Assembly (NCBI GenBank): GCA_029211095.1
Contig: JARGFS010000001.1
Span: 851 to 64,850, forward strand
Source of the DNA: a bacterium
Lineage (GTDB): Bacteria > Zixibacteria > MSB-5A5 > GN15 > FEB-12
DNA: 64,000 nt
Reading direction: 5' to 3'
Below, piece by piece: positions 17,769 through 29,565 of this stretch. The notes under the pieces are model-generated. The model worked only from the letters and a program-made list of their open reading frames with translations, made no database searches and was not told the origin of the DNA. Made by a program: the position numbers and the translations under genes. Within the stretch, counting starts at the first letter, position 1. Every line of letters starts with the position of its first letter.

Positions 17769-18734
17769 TTATTTATTTGCCGCTTGCGGTTGCTCCTCAA
17801 ACAATGAAGAGACCGACTCTTCCACAAAAATTCTCCGGATAGTCTCACCAATTAGCTCAGAGCAGGTCAGAATTTCAAACTTGTCCGACAGGTTTCTACT
17901 GGCTTGATCTATTGAATCAGAAATAATCATTTTTTTGATTGGCGATTTCTCAATCCGCTCAAGGGCCTCGCCGGACAACACGCCGTGCGTACAGGCCGCA
18001 TAGATATCCAGAGCGCCTCTGTCCTTAAGGAACTTGGCCGCATGACAAATGGAACCACCGGTATCAACCATGTCATCACGAATCAGAATATTCTTGTCTT
18101 CCACTTCACCAATGAGATTCATTACCTCCGAAACGTTAGCTCTCTGTCGGCGTTTGTCGACAATGGCCAGTTCTGCGCCCAGTGATGCCGAAGTTGCCCG
18201 GGCCAGCTTGATTGAGCCGACATCGGGTGAAACCACACAGAGATTTTTTAACCCGAGACCGCGGAAATAGTCATTAAATATTATGGATGAATACAAGTGG
18301 TCGTGCGGGAGGTCGAAAAAGCCCTGAAGCTGACTGGCGTGAAGGTCCATCGTAATAATTCGGTCAACTCCGGCCTGGGTAATCAGGTTGGCTACCAGTT
18401 TGGCGGTAATGGCCACACGCGGACGGTCTTTACGATCCTGTCGAGCATAACCATAGTAGGGAATAACAGCGGTGATGCGCATAGCCGAAGCCCTTCTTGA
18501 GGCATCAATGAGCATCAGTAGTTCCATCAGATTCTCAGCCGGTGGGTTGGTGGGCTGAACGATAAAGAGGTCGGCGCCGCGGATGTTATCATTGATCTGG
18601 ACAAAAACCTCGCCATCAGAAAAACTGGTGACAATGGTAGCGGCAACTTTAATCCCGAGGTATTTGGCAATTTCTCCGGCCAGAGGGACATTGGAGTTTC
18701 CCGTAACCAGTTTTATTTCATCGCGGAGAATCAT
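17769..18734 (-). CDS. prs: ribose-phosphate pyrophosphokinase
   Basis: Family motifs SFSDGEV.VQI..NIRG.D.FIVQPT, YYGYARQDRK and the PRPP-binding loop DDMVDTGGS. Confidence 0.95.
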   Translation of the reverse strand: MILRDEIKLVTGNSNVPLAGEIAKYLGIKVAATIVTSFSDGEVFVQINDNIRGADLFIVQPTNPPAENLMELLMLIDASRRASAMRITAVIPYYGYARQDRKDRPRVAITAKLVANLITQAGVDRIITMDLHASQLQGFFDLPHDHLYSSIIFNDYFRGLGLKNLCVVSPDVGSIKLARATSASLGAELAIVDKRRQRANVSEVMNLIGEVEDKNILIRDDMVDTGGSICHAAKFLKDRGALDIYAACTHGVLSGEALERIEKSPIKKMIISDSIDQASRNLSDKFEILTCSELIGETIRRIFVEESVSSLFEEQPQAANK

Positions 18735-18786
18735 ATTTTTCTCAACTCACTCTTTCAATTCGTTTTACTCTTGTCGGCCTGATAAG

Positions 18787-18858
18787 CTGGGGCGCCAGGA
18801 TTCGAACCTGGGAATGCCAGCTCCAAAGGCTGGTGTCTTACCACTTGACGACGCCCCA
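18787..18858 (-). tRNA. tRNA-Gln (anticodon UUG)
   Basis: The minus strand reads TGGGGCG TC GTC AAGTGGTAA GAC A CCAGC CTTTGGA GCTGG CATTC CCAGG TTCGAAT CCTGG CGCCCCA + discriminator G. This gives a 7-bp acceptor stem, a GTTCGAAT T-loop and anticodon TTG. No CCA is encoded. Confidence 0.9.
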
Positions 18859-18873
18859 AACTTTGCGCCGGGA

Positions 18874-19143
18874 CTATTCGACCTGGTGAGCGTGAAGCTC
18901 CTTCTCGTACGCTTCCAGAACGCTCGTCTCGATCAAATGCCGCATCTCACCATTAACGGGGTGAGCGATGTCTTGATGAGTACCGTTGGGACGCTTGCGG
19001 CTTGGCATGGCTACGAAGTAACCGGTGTTGCCCTGAATGATCTTCATTCCGCGCACCACAAAGGCATTGTCAAAAGTTACATTGGCAAAACCTCTAAGCC
19101 GATCTTCATCACGCAAGGTGACTCTAATCTCAGTAATCTCCAC
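18874..19143 (-). CDS. spoVG: septation protein SpoVG
   Basis: MEITEIRV...LRGFANVTFDNAFVVRGMKIIQGNTGYFVAMPSRK is the canonical SpoVG sequence. Confidence 0.92.
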   Translation of the reverse strand: MEITEIRVTLRDEDRLRGFANVTFDNAFVVRGMKIIQGNTGYFVAMPSRKRPNGTHQDIAHPVNGEMRHLIETSVLEAYEKELHAHQVE

Positions 19144-19158
19144 GGTTGCCCTCCCTGT

Positions 19159-20055
19159 TCAGGTTGACCCATCATGGGTGTAAGTAATTGGCCTAACCGC
19201 GCAAAAATGCCAATCGCCTGAAAAACGACTTCTCAGCTGCTCCAGATCAGGGGCTTTGTCAAAGAGGCCGAACAGGGTCGGACCCGATCCGGACATCCTT
19301 GCCAAAAGCGCTCCATTATTCAAAAGCCCGTCCAGGATTATACCCAGCTCGGGGTGAAATCCCACGGAGACTTCCTCAAAATCGTTACCACATCTCTCAA
19401 GTTCCTTAACCAACTCAATAACCGTGGCGCAACGCGCTAAGTTAAAGGGCTCCTTAGAGAAAGTCAAGCCTCTTTTGAGCCGGGCGTACGCCTCGGCGGT
19501 TGAAATGGCGATCCCCGGATTAACCAAAACCAGGTGGTAATCGGCTGGAACTGGCCAATTCTCAACAATTTCCCCCCTTCCCCGGACCAAAGACTGGCCG
19601 CTTCCAAAGAAAAAAGGAATATCAGAACCGATCTCAGCCCCCAGATCAGCCATCCGGCCACTGTCAAGGCGAAGCTCAAATAGCTTATTACAGGCGTAAA
19701 TTGTTGCCGCTCCATCGGTTGACCCGCCGGCCAGCCCGGCGGAAACCGGTATGTTCTTTTCCAATTCGATATTCAGCCCACTTTTGATTGAAAACCTCTC
19801 GACCATCAATTGAAATGCCTTCACCACCAAGTTGTCATTTCCGGTCGACAACTCCCTGTTGTTAAGTATTTTAAGGTCTATTCCCGGCTCCGGTCTTGTC
19901 TCAAACTTCAGCCGGTCAAAAAGCGAGACTGCTTGAAAGAGGGAGTTGATATTATGGAATCCATCTTCGCGGCGATTGAGAACTTGCAGGAAGAGGTTGA
20001 TCTTGGCCGGGGCAAGGATCTGCAAAGCTGAATCTGTTAGTTTTTCGATAATCAT
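19159..20055 (-). CDS. ispE: 4-diphosphocytidyl-2-C-methyl-D-erythritol kinase
   Basis: APAKINLFL.V..RR.DGFH, and GHMP kinase motif PVSAGLAGGSTDGAA. Confidence 0.9.
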   Translation of the reverse strand: MIIEKLTDSALQILAPAKINLFLQVLNRREDGFHNINSLFQAVSLFDRLKFETRPEPGIDLKILNNRELSTGNDNLVVKAFQLMVERFSIKSGLNIELEKNIPVSAGLAGGSTDGAATIYACNKLFELRLDSGRMADLGAEIGSDIPFFFGSGQSLVRGRGEIVENWPVPADYHLVLVNPGIAISTAEAYARLKRGLTFSKEPFNLARCATVIELVKELERCGNDFEEVSVGFHPELGIILDGLLNNGALLARMSGSGPTLFGLFDKAPDLEQLRSRFSGDWHFCAVRPITYTHDGST

Positions 20056-20070
20056 TCTGGAATATAAATC

Positions 20071-20826
20071 CTATCTGCTTGCAATCGCAAAAACTCGCAC
20101 TTCGTCCTCGGGCGCGGCCAACGGCGCGGCTAAGTCGTCAAGTGCGGCAAAGTAAACATTTTTCCACCCGATATCGACAAGTGCGTCGCTCACTTTTTCC
20201 AGGCTAAAGACAGAATTGAACACTGTTTCTTCAAATCGCTTGAACAGACCGTCGGGTAGACGCTCAAAAACCGTAATCTTCATCGTCGCTCTTCCTTGCT
20301 GTTCATCAAAACGACCGCGATTGACAATAAGAAGATCGTCCTCGCTGTCGTCGACCCGATCAGCCGCCCAGTTTCTCAGTCCTCGTTCGGTATTCAGATC
20401 GAATATGAAGAAGCTGTCACACACTTCGAAGAGAGATCGGAAGCACTTAAACAGTGCCTGCTCACTTTCGAGATGATTCAGCGAATCATAAGTGGAGACA
20501 ACCAGCCCGAATTTTTCATCCAATTTGAAGTCGGTCGCATCGGCTGGAACAAACTGGCTCTGACCAGATTCATGGTACTGAATTGTGTTTTTTTGGGCCC
20601 ATCGCAACATGGACTCGGACAGATCGAGTCCCATCACCCGGTAGCCGTTTGATAAAAACTGCTCCGCGAGATGACCGGCCCCGCAACACAGATCGAGCAC
20701 CGAGTTTTTTGCCGGACCATTCGATGCGGCTGCGTAAAAACTGAGAATTGGAGGTCCTACTATTCGAGCGAAGTTTGGCCACCTCAAGTTATATATGCGG
20801 GCAAAGTCAGGGCCGTATGCTTGCAT
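20071..20826 (-). CDS. class I SAM-dependent methyltransferase
   Basis: Motif I VLDLCCGAGHL followed by GLDLSESML. 251 aa. Confidence 0.7.
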   Translation of the reverse strand: MQAYGPDFARIYNLRWPNFARIVGPPILSFYAAASNGPAKNSVLDLCCGAGHLAEQFLSNGYRVMGLDLSESMLRWAQKNTIQYHESGQSQFVPADATDFKLDEKFGLVVSTYDSLNHLESEQALFKCFRSLFEVCDSFFIFDLNTERGLRNWAADRVDDSEDDLLIVNRGRFDEQQGRATMKITVFERLPDGLFKRFEETVFNSVFSLEKVSDALVDIGWKNVYFAALDDLAAPLAAPEDEVRVFAIASR

Positions 20827-21090
20827 CCGATACTTCCATCAGCAGGTTTCCAACGCCGAACAGGTCACATTGTTGGCGGATGATAGAGAGCCGAACTCTG
20901 AATTCTTGGCTCAATATGACTCGCTCCCCCAAACATCAATATTGGTGATTTGTTTCACAAGCATTATATTTCTCACTTTTCATGCAAATGGCCGCTTCCG
21001 CGGCTCGAATTGTTTAGAAGCTCTTATAAGATAAGCAATTCCGGAGAGAGAGAAAAGCAGAAAAAGTATCTTTTAGGAACCGCTTGGAGC

Positions 21091-21119
21091 TTGAGTACGG
21101 AGGAAAATTCATGTATATT
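21091..21119 (+). promoter_or_regulatory. sigma70-like promoter (TTGAGT-17-TATATT) for acnA
   Basis: The spacing was counted by hand. It lies ~50 nt upstream of the acnA ATG, in an AT-rich region. Confidence 0.35.
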
Positions 21120-21171
21120 GAGGTTTATAAATTTTCTGTTGTTCGACCCTTTTAGAGATCGGAGGTCCCAG

Positions 21172-23835
<2,664 letters not shown>

Positions 23836-23884
23836 CATAGTCACTTTTTCCGCTTCGTGCCGCGCCAGAGAGTAGATTCGAACA

Positions 23885-23920
23885 GGGCGGGACCCTTTAG
23901 TGGTCCCGCCCATTTGTTTT
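23885..23920 (+). terminator. rho-independent terminator of acnA
   Basis: 10-bp perfect stem gggcgggacc / ggtcccgccc with loop ctttagt, followed by atttgtttt. The stem core cgggacc...ggtcccg resembles the GGGACC-type REP variant. Confidence 0.75.
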
Positions 23921-23983
23921 GGCAGAACTACTGAAGAGTTCTGTCTACTCAAACTGCTCTACTCAGCTGTTTTGTCTACCCAA

Positions 23984-24054
23984 GTCATCCCCGTGTAAAC
24001 GGGGATCCAGTGGGCAAGAGAAGAAACCTGGATTCCAGCTTTCGCAGGAATGAC
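23984..24054. repeat. inverted pair of RTCATYCC-hairpin-CCAGG palindromic units
   Basis: 23984-24010 reads gtcatccccgtgtaaacggggatccag. 24027-24054 is the reverse complement of gtcattcctgcgaaagctggaatccagg. A third copy lies at 24359-24386. Confidence 0.7.
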
Positions 24055-24089
24055 TTGGTGAAGAGCCCATTCTGCCCTTTCACAACCCC

Positions 24090-24118
24090 TTGACATGGCC
24101 TATCATAGCTCGTAAATT
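24090..24118 (+). promoter_or_regulatory. sigma70-like promoter (TTGACA-17-TAAATT), ~300 nt upstream of gcvT
   Basis: Perfect -35, 17-nt spacer and TAAATT, the same architecture as the promoter at 10374. Confidence 0.4.
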
Positions 24119-24195
24119 GTTGGGCTGAAAATGTTTCCGGTCTGTCAGGTCACAATTTGCAGTGGCAAATCAAGAACTGACAGAACCAAACTGCT

Positions 24196-24294
24196 GTCGA
24201 AACCCCTTCGTCAGGCTCAGAACAAGCCACAAAGAGATTTCGACCGGCAAGCTGCCATATGGATGTCGAAACCCATAAGGGGATTTCGACCTAC
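24196..24294 (-). repeat. two GTCGAAACCC-type REP-like units (one interrupted by a 31-nt insert)
   Basis: 24196-24244 reads gtcgaaacccc...(insert)...atttcgac. 24265-24294 reads gtcgaaaccc ataa ggggatttcgac ctac. Confidence 0.65.
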
Positions 24295-24311
24295 AACCCC
24301 ACCATAAAGGG

Positions 24312-24356
24312 TGGGGCACCCAGAGATGGGGCACCCAGAGATGGGGCACCCAGAGA
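24312..24356. repeat. perfect 15-bp tandem repeat x3 (TGGGGCACCCAGAGA)
   Basis: Three identical units were read directly. The first unit overlaps the 3' arm of a ccccacc/ggtgggg hairpin (24297-24316). Confidence 0.9.
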
Positions 24357-24358
24357 AA

Positions 24359-24386
24359 CCTGGGCTCCCGCGTGCGCGGGAATGAT
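24359..24386 (-). repeat. third copy of the RTCATYCC-hairpin-CCAGG unit
   Basis: The plus strand reads cctgggctcccgcgtgcgcgggaatgat. Confidence 0.6.
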
Positions 24387-24414
24387 TTACAGATGTGGTG
24401 AACAATAAGAAAGA

Positions 24415-25539
24415 TTGTGGGAAAACAAAGTGACAAACGCAACTACCGATACTATCAAAAAAACGCCGTTCTATGACAAGCATGTCGCGGCCGGGGCTAA
24501 AATGGTCGAGTTCGCCGGGTACCATATGCCAATCCAATACCAGGGAATTACAGCCGAACATCTGGCGGTTCGGGAAAACATAGGCCTGTTTGACCTCACC
24601 CATATGGGGGAGTTTGAAGTCAGCGGCGAAGGTGCCACCGCGTATCTACAGAAAGTAACCACCAACAATGTAGAAGCGCTTGCAATTGGTCAGATTCAGT
24701 ATAGCTGCATGACCCTCCCGACCGGCGGGATTGTTGATGACCTCCTGGTCTACCGTCTGGAAGACAGCTACCTGCTGATTGTCAACGCCTCTAACCTTCA
24801 GAAAGATTTCGACTGGCTCAGTTCGCAGCTGGACCCGGAAGTGCAGCTGACCAACCTGTCTGATCAGACCGCTCTTCTGGCCATACAGGGACCAAACGCG
24901 CAGAAACTGATGGCTGAGTTGACGGACTACGATCTTGACGAAATGAAATACTACACCTGGGCGATTGCCGAAATTGCCGGGGTGGACCTGCTCTTCTCCA
25001 GAACCGGTTACACCGGCGAAGATGGTTTTGAGATTTACATGACTTATGAGCAGGCAGAAACGATCTGGAAGGAGATTCTTGAAAAAGGGAAAAAGCACGG
25101 GCTGGAACTGATTGGTCTGGGAGCGCGCGATTCTCTTCGGCTGGAGATGAAGATGGCCCTGTACGGGAACGACATTGATGAATCAACCACGCCCATTGAA
25201 GCCTCGCTGGGATGGATTGTGCATCTGGATAAGGAGTTCATTGGAAAAGAGGTTATCGCCATGCAGAAAGCTGAGAAGCCTTCGCGACGCCTGGTCTGTC
25301 TGGAACTTGAAGGCCGCGCATTTCCGCGCAAGGGATACGATGTGATTGTCAATGGAGAAGCAGCCGGGAAACTGACCAGCGGGACGTTCTCCCCTTCGCT
25401 GCAGAAACCGATCGCCATGGCGTATGTTCCAAGAAGTCATACCAAGTCCGGATCAGAGGTGGAAGTTGAGATTCGGGGCAAGAAGATTGCGGCCACGGTA
25501 GTAAAACCGCCGTTTTACAAGAACGCATCGCACAAGTGA
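24415..25539 (+). CDS. gcvT: glycine cleavage system aminomethyltransferase (T protein)
   Basis: KKTPFYDKHV..GAKMVEFAGY.MP..Y, and GYTGEDGFEI. The start is uncertain (TTG 24415 or GTG 24430). Confidence 0.9.
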   Translation: MWENKVTNATTDTIKKTPFYDKHVAAGAKMVEFAGYHMPIQYQGITAEHLAVRENIGLFDLTHMGEFEVSGEGATAYLQKVTTNNVEALAIGQIQYSCMTLPTGGIVDDLLVYRLEDSYLLIVNASNLQKDFDWLSSQLDPEVQLTNLSDQTALLAIQGPNAQKLMAELTDYDLDEMKYYTWAIAEIAGVDLLFSRTGYTGEDGFEIYMTYEQAETIWKEILEKGKKHGLELIGLGARDSLRLEMKMALYGNDIDESTTPIEASLGWIVHLDKEFIGKEVIAMQKAEKPSRRLVCLELEGRAFPRKGYDVIVNGEAAGKLTSGTFSPSLQKPIAMAYVPRSHTKSGSEVEVEIRGKKIAATVVKPPFYKNASHK

Positions 25540-25592
25540 GCCGCGAGAGCAGTCTGTCACAACTAATAAGCCGGAAAAGAGTATAAGGGAAA

Positions 25593-27488
25593 ATGAAGAA
25601 AACCCTGATTTTAGCAGCTATAGCGATAGTCCTGATGGTTCAGACAGCCGCCGCCTCCAAGGGAGTGGTCTGTCTTCTGTCGACCTACCAGAAAGCGGAG
25701 GATGGAACCCACACGCTGGCCTGGTCGGACAGCGTACATTTCGCCGAGAGTACCCTTACGTCCGGATTCATGACCGCTTTCAGTTGTGACATAAGGTTCA
25801 CGGATATTGATACCGGGTCGGTCAAGTTCGAGCTGCATATCATCACACTGGACAAACAGCCGCATAATTATTCACAGCGCTTTACGGTTGAGTACGGACT
25901 TCCGGCTATGATCGACAATATTGCGGGGAAAAATGACAGCCGCTTTCAATTCACCCTGACACCGCTCAGGGCAGAAGAGTATGATTCTACCCTCTGCCAG
26001 GTGGACCATCGCGATCCGGGACAGTTCAAAGTCTCCCCTTCGGCCAATACTGACATCTACTGCGTGCCGAACTCGTTTGGAGATTACTACTGGACCGTAG
26101 CCAAGTCTATTCTGGAAGAGAAGTACACGCAGCTTTCGGCTCTTTACAAATTCAACCTCCCCGGCAAGTACAATATTTATCTGACGCCGTGCGCCCTTAA
26201 GAGTGTTATCTGGGACCGCCGCTTTGGGATGTCGGTGGACCCGACCCGCAATTCCGGATATGCGATTTACAATTGGAATCTAACCACCTTTGATCCGTTT
26301 GTGCTACTTCAGACAGCGGTGATGCGCAACTTTGGTTACTCCCCTATCTTTCTGACCGAGGGACTGGCCAGTTATGTTTCCTATAGCGAACTGGACATGA
26401 AAAAGATTGTAGCTGATTCCAACAACATAGGACTGGAGCAGTTGCTGGACAGCTATGAATATCTAAACGCCAATGCCTACGTGGCGGACAAGAGTTCTGC
26501 TTCGTTCACCCGGTATCTGGTTCGTCAGTACGGATTTGATCGTTTTTCCCAATGGTATCAGGCGGCTGATGAGATAAACCAGGTAGTAACCTTGCAGGAG
26601 ACCTACGCCAAATCGGTCAGTGAATTGGAGCGGGAGTGGCTGCACTATATCGACACCCTGACCCTGGACAAGATTAAGATTGTACGTGAGATTGATCTGG
26701 CCGAGGCCCTCTTTGACTTTAACCGCATGCTGTTTCTGGCCGAGACATTGCGTGATTTGTCTACCGGGGTGCCGGACTCCATTGGGAGTTTGGTCCTTCT
26801 CAAGCGGGCTTACTTCAACACCGGCGATTACTACCGTGCCCTTGAGACGCAGGAGGCGCTGCTGACTCTTCAGAACACCGCCCAGGACTGGATGGGGATG
26901 GGGCTGTACCGAATGATGAGCGGTGATTATGAGAAGGCGTATTCGGATCTATTGACGGCGCAGTCGGAGGATACAACCTCTTCATTGATAAGATTCAACC
27001 TGGCCCTCAATACGCTGATCCGCGGGGACACGGCCGCCGCCATTGAGCGGTTCAAGGGGATGTTGGTTCCGGGGAAAGATGCCACCGGGCAGTCTGAGAG
27101 TCGCGTGATTCTTGGCAAGTTGCTCAAAGGTTCTGAAGACAAGAACGAGAAAGCGTTGGCGGCCACCTACTTTTCTGAGGCGACCGCAACCTTCACCCGG
27201 GCCGTGCAGGCGGGGCAACCGGCCCCGGTTTACCAGATGTGGCTGGGTATTTCATTTTTGGGAAGTGATGACACTGACAACGCCTACAATCATCTTCAGA
27301 CGGCGCTATACCTGGAGCAGCGACCATTCTACCTGGGGATGATAAATCTCTGGCTGGGGAAACTGGCTGATCTCACCGGAGACAGGAAGGCGGCTCGGGA
27401 TTTCTACGGGGCGGTACTGGCTAACAACAGCGCCGCATATCACCAGGCCGAAGCACAACAGTACATTGAGACAGCATTCAGTTGGTAG
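25593..27488 (+). CDS. secreted protein, C-terminal TPR repeats; central region resembles a peptidase-MA-like core lacking HExxH
   Basis: Signal peptide. ...FLTEGLASYVS...SFTRYLVRQYGFDRF resembles the EGxAxY / ...YG... part of MA-clan peptidase-like domains, but the expected HExxH position reads LLQTAVMRN. TPR-like repeats lie in the last ~250 aa. Confidence 0.45.
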   Translation: MKKTLILAAIAIVLMVQTAAASKGVVCLLSTYQKAEDGTHTLAWSDSVHFAESTLTSGFMTAFSCDIRFTDIDTGSVKFELHIITLDKQPHNYSQRFTVEYGLPAMIDNIAGKNDSRFQFTLTPLRAEEYDSTLCQVDHRDPGQFKVSPSANTDIYCVPNSFGDYYWTVAKSILEEKYTQLSALYKFNLPGKYNIYLTPCALKSVIWDRRFGMSVDPTRNSGYAIYNWNLTTFDPFVLLQTAVMRNFGYSPIFLTEGLASYVSYSELDMKKIVADSNNIGLEQLLDSYEYLNANAYVADKSSASFTRYLVRQYGFDRFSQWYQAADEINQVVTLQETYAKSVSELEREWLHYIDTLTLDKIKIVREIDLAEALFDFNRMLFLAETLRDLSTGVPDSIGSLVLLKRAYFNTGDYYRALETQEALLTLQNTAQDWMGMGLYRMMSGDYEKAYSDLLTAQSEDTTSSLIRFNLALNTLIRGDTAAAIERFKGMLVPGKDATGQSESRVILGKLLKGSEDKNEKALAATYFSEATATFTRAVQAGQPAPVYQMWLGISFLGSDDTDNAYNHLQTALYLEQRPFYLGMINLWLGKLADLTGDRKAARDFYGAVLANNSAAYHQAEAQQYIETAFSW

Positions 27489-27497
27489 CAGCTTAGT

Positions 27498-29564
27498 ATG
27501 TTCAGTTTTCTAAATTCAACGGTTCTCTTTGCGGCTGCGGCTGCGCTTATACCGTTGATTATACATCTTTTTTCGCGGCGCAAAGTAAAGGTTGTTGAGT
27601 TTTCTTCGCTAAAGCATCTCAAGGCGATGCAGCGAAGGCAGGTGCGGAAACTAAAGATCCGCCAGCTGTTGCTGCTGCTGTTGAGAATGCTGATAATTCT
27701 TTTGATCGTGATGGCTTTTGCCCGGCCAACTTCGGAAGGCGGAAGTCTTGGCTCGCATGCCTCGGTTTCGGCGGTGATTGTACTGGACAATACTGCTTCG
27801 ATGAACCGATACGTAGCCGACGGCAATCTGTATGAATTGGCTGTAGCAAGAGTTGAAAAGCTGCTGGATAGTTTTGGGGAGTCCGACCTGGTCTGCCTGA
27901 TGCCGATCATTTCCAGCGGTTCATCGGCATCCCCGGAGTTTGCCTCGGCCGCGGCAGCGCGAAAACTTCTTCGTGAAACTACTGTCACGGCCAAGTCAAC
28001 CAATCTGGGGGCGGTCCTTGAATCGGCCTGTGAATTGATTGGGGATGATGCCAATCTCAACAAAGAACTCTATCTGGTATCAGATCGTCAAACCAACCTC
28101 CTGCCGGACAGCAACCCTCTGGAAAATTGCGACGCGAGAGTTTATTTTCTTGATCTTCCCCTGGAGACAATCCAGAATGTCGGCCTGACCCGGATTGATT
28201 TTGGCGGACAGTTGATTCTCCCCGGACATGATTTTGAACTGAGCGCAACGGTAAAGAACTACTCCGGAAGCAGCTTTGAGCACCTGATTGCATCCCTTTT
28301 TATCGATGGCAACCGCGTATCCCAGGTTGACTTCTCCATTGAGGCTGACAAAGAGACGGTCGTCCGGTTTGAGCGGTCGGTTTCGCGAACCGGTTTTCAT
28401 AGCGGCTATGTGGAGATTTCCGATGACCCCTATATGGAAGATAATCGCTTTTATTTCAGCTTCCGCATCCCGGAACGATTCAATCTTCTGATTGTTGGCA
28501 GCGATGCCGCTTCGCAACTGATCAAACTGGCCCTCTCCCCTTCGGCCGATCTTAATCAATACTGGTCAATCAAGCAGGTCTCAGCCGAAGAACTCGCCGG
28601 GGTGAATTTCTTTGACTACGATGTTGTTTTCATTCCGGAGACACCCCGTATCAGTCCGACCTACCTGAAGCGATTGGAAGGGTTTGTTCTGAGCGGTCGG
28701 GCGCTGTTCATGGGTTTATCGGCGCTGTCTGATGTCGATCAGGTCAATAACAGCTGGTCGGCGTTGACCGGTGTCACGGTGACCGAGCCGATCAAGACGG
28801 CCGTCAGTAGGGCCGGGTTTTACAGTTTTCAGTCCTTTGACGCCAGCCATCCCGTATTCTCAATCTTTGAACTTACCCAAGGAGAACTCCCGGAGGTACA
28901 CTTTTACTCATTGCCGAAAGTAACGACCGATGAATCGGCCAGAGTGCTGATGCGCTTTACCGGAAACCGGGCGGCCCTGGTTGAAAGCCAATATGGACAG
29001 GGGAAAGTAATCAGTTTTGTGGGGCCAATCTCTCCGGAGTATTCTGATCTGACTTCGCACGCCTTCTTTGTGCCGTTCGTTTCCAGAATCGCCGAGTACC
29101 TGGCCAGCGATCTCTCGACTTTTGATCTCGATATTCTGACCGATGACAATATCATCCGGTCGGTGGCGGTTGCCGGGTCGATTGAGGCAGCCCTGGAAAT
29201 AACCCAACCGGACAGCGCTACGTATCGGGTGGTTCCAATGGAACAGCAGGGATCACTGGTTATCAATCCGAGCCCGACCGATCAGGCCGGGGTCTACCAT
29301 GTGCGCTATCTCGGCAAGGAGATTGATCGCTTTGCGGCCAATGCCGATCCTCTTGAAGGGGACTTGCACCGCTTGGCGGTTGACGATATGGCCACCGGGC
29401 TGGGACTGTCCGAATCAGCATCAATTGAGTACGAGTCAGACATAACAGAGGAAGTAACCGAGGCCAGATTTGGTCGTGAGATGTGGCAGCTGTTCCTCTG
29501 GCTGGCGGCATTGATTATCGCGGTGGAGCTCATTCTTTCCCGGTCTACGCCTGTCGAGGAATAG
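27498..29564 (+). CDS. BatA-like N-terminal double-TM protein with vWA-like domain
   Basis: N-terminus FLNSTVLFAAAAALIPLIIHLFSRRK...LLLLLLRMLIILLIVMAFARP is the characteristic double-transmembrane aerotolerance-type N-terminus. It is followed by VIVLDNTASM (MIDAS-like DxTxS) and a C-terminal TM helix. Confidence 0.6.
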   Translation: MFSFLNSTVLFAAAAALIPLIIHLFSRRKVKVVEFSSLKHLKAMQRRQVRKLKIRQLLLLLLRMLIILLIVMAFARPTSEGGSLGSHASVSAVIVLDNTASMNRYVADGNLYELAVARVEKLLDSFGESDLVCLMPIISSGSSASPEFASAAAARKLLRETTVTAKSTNLGAVLESACELIGDDANLNKELYLVSDRQTNLLPDSNPLENCDARVYFLDLPLETIQNVGLTRIDFGGQLILPGHDFELSATVKNYSGSSFEHLIASLFIDGNRVSQVDFSIEADKETVVRFERSVSRTGFHSGYVEISDDPYMEDNRFYFSFRIPERFNLLIVGSDAASQLIKLALSPSADLNQYWSIKQVSAEELAGVNFFDYDVVFIPETPRISPTYLKRLEGFVLSGRALFMGLSALSDVDQVNNSWSALTGVTVTEPIKTAVSRAGFYSFQSFDASHPVFSIFELTQGELPEVHFYSLPKVTTDESARVLMRFTGNRAALVESQYGQGKVISFVGPISPEYSDLTSHAFFVPFVSRIAEYLASDLSTFDLDILTDDNIIRSVAVAGSIEAALEITQPDSATYRVVPMEQQGSLVINPSPTDQAGVYHVRYLGKEIDRFAANADPLEGDLHRLAVDDMATGLGLSESASIEYESDITEEVTEARFGREMWQLFLWLAALIIAVELILSRSTPVEE

Positions 29565-29565
29565 C

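Noticed and set aside
20950-21171. 74-codon N-terminal extension of acnA in the ORF track
   Set aside because: The extension is AT-rich, contains the likely promoter and has no aconitase similarity. ATG 21172 has a GGAGG RBS and gives the normal protein length.
24119-24414. Glycine riboswitch upstream of gcvT
   Set aside because: I could not find the conserved core (GGAGAG...CACCGAAGGGGCAA-type segments). The leader is explained by REP-like units and a 15-mer repeat. This still needs a covariance-model scan.
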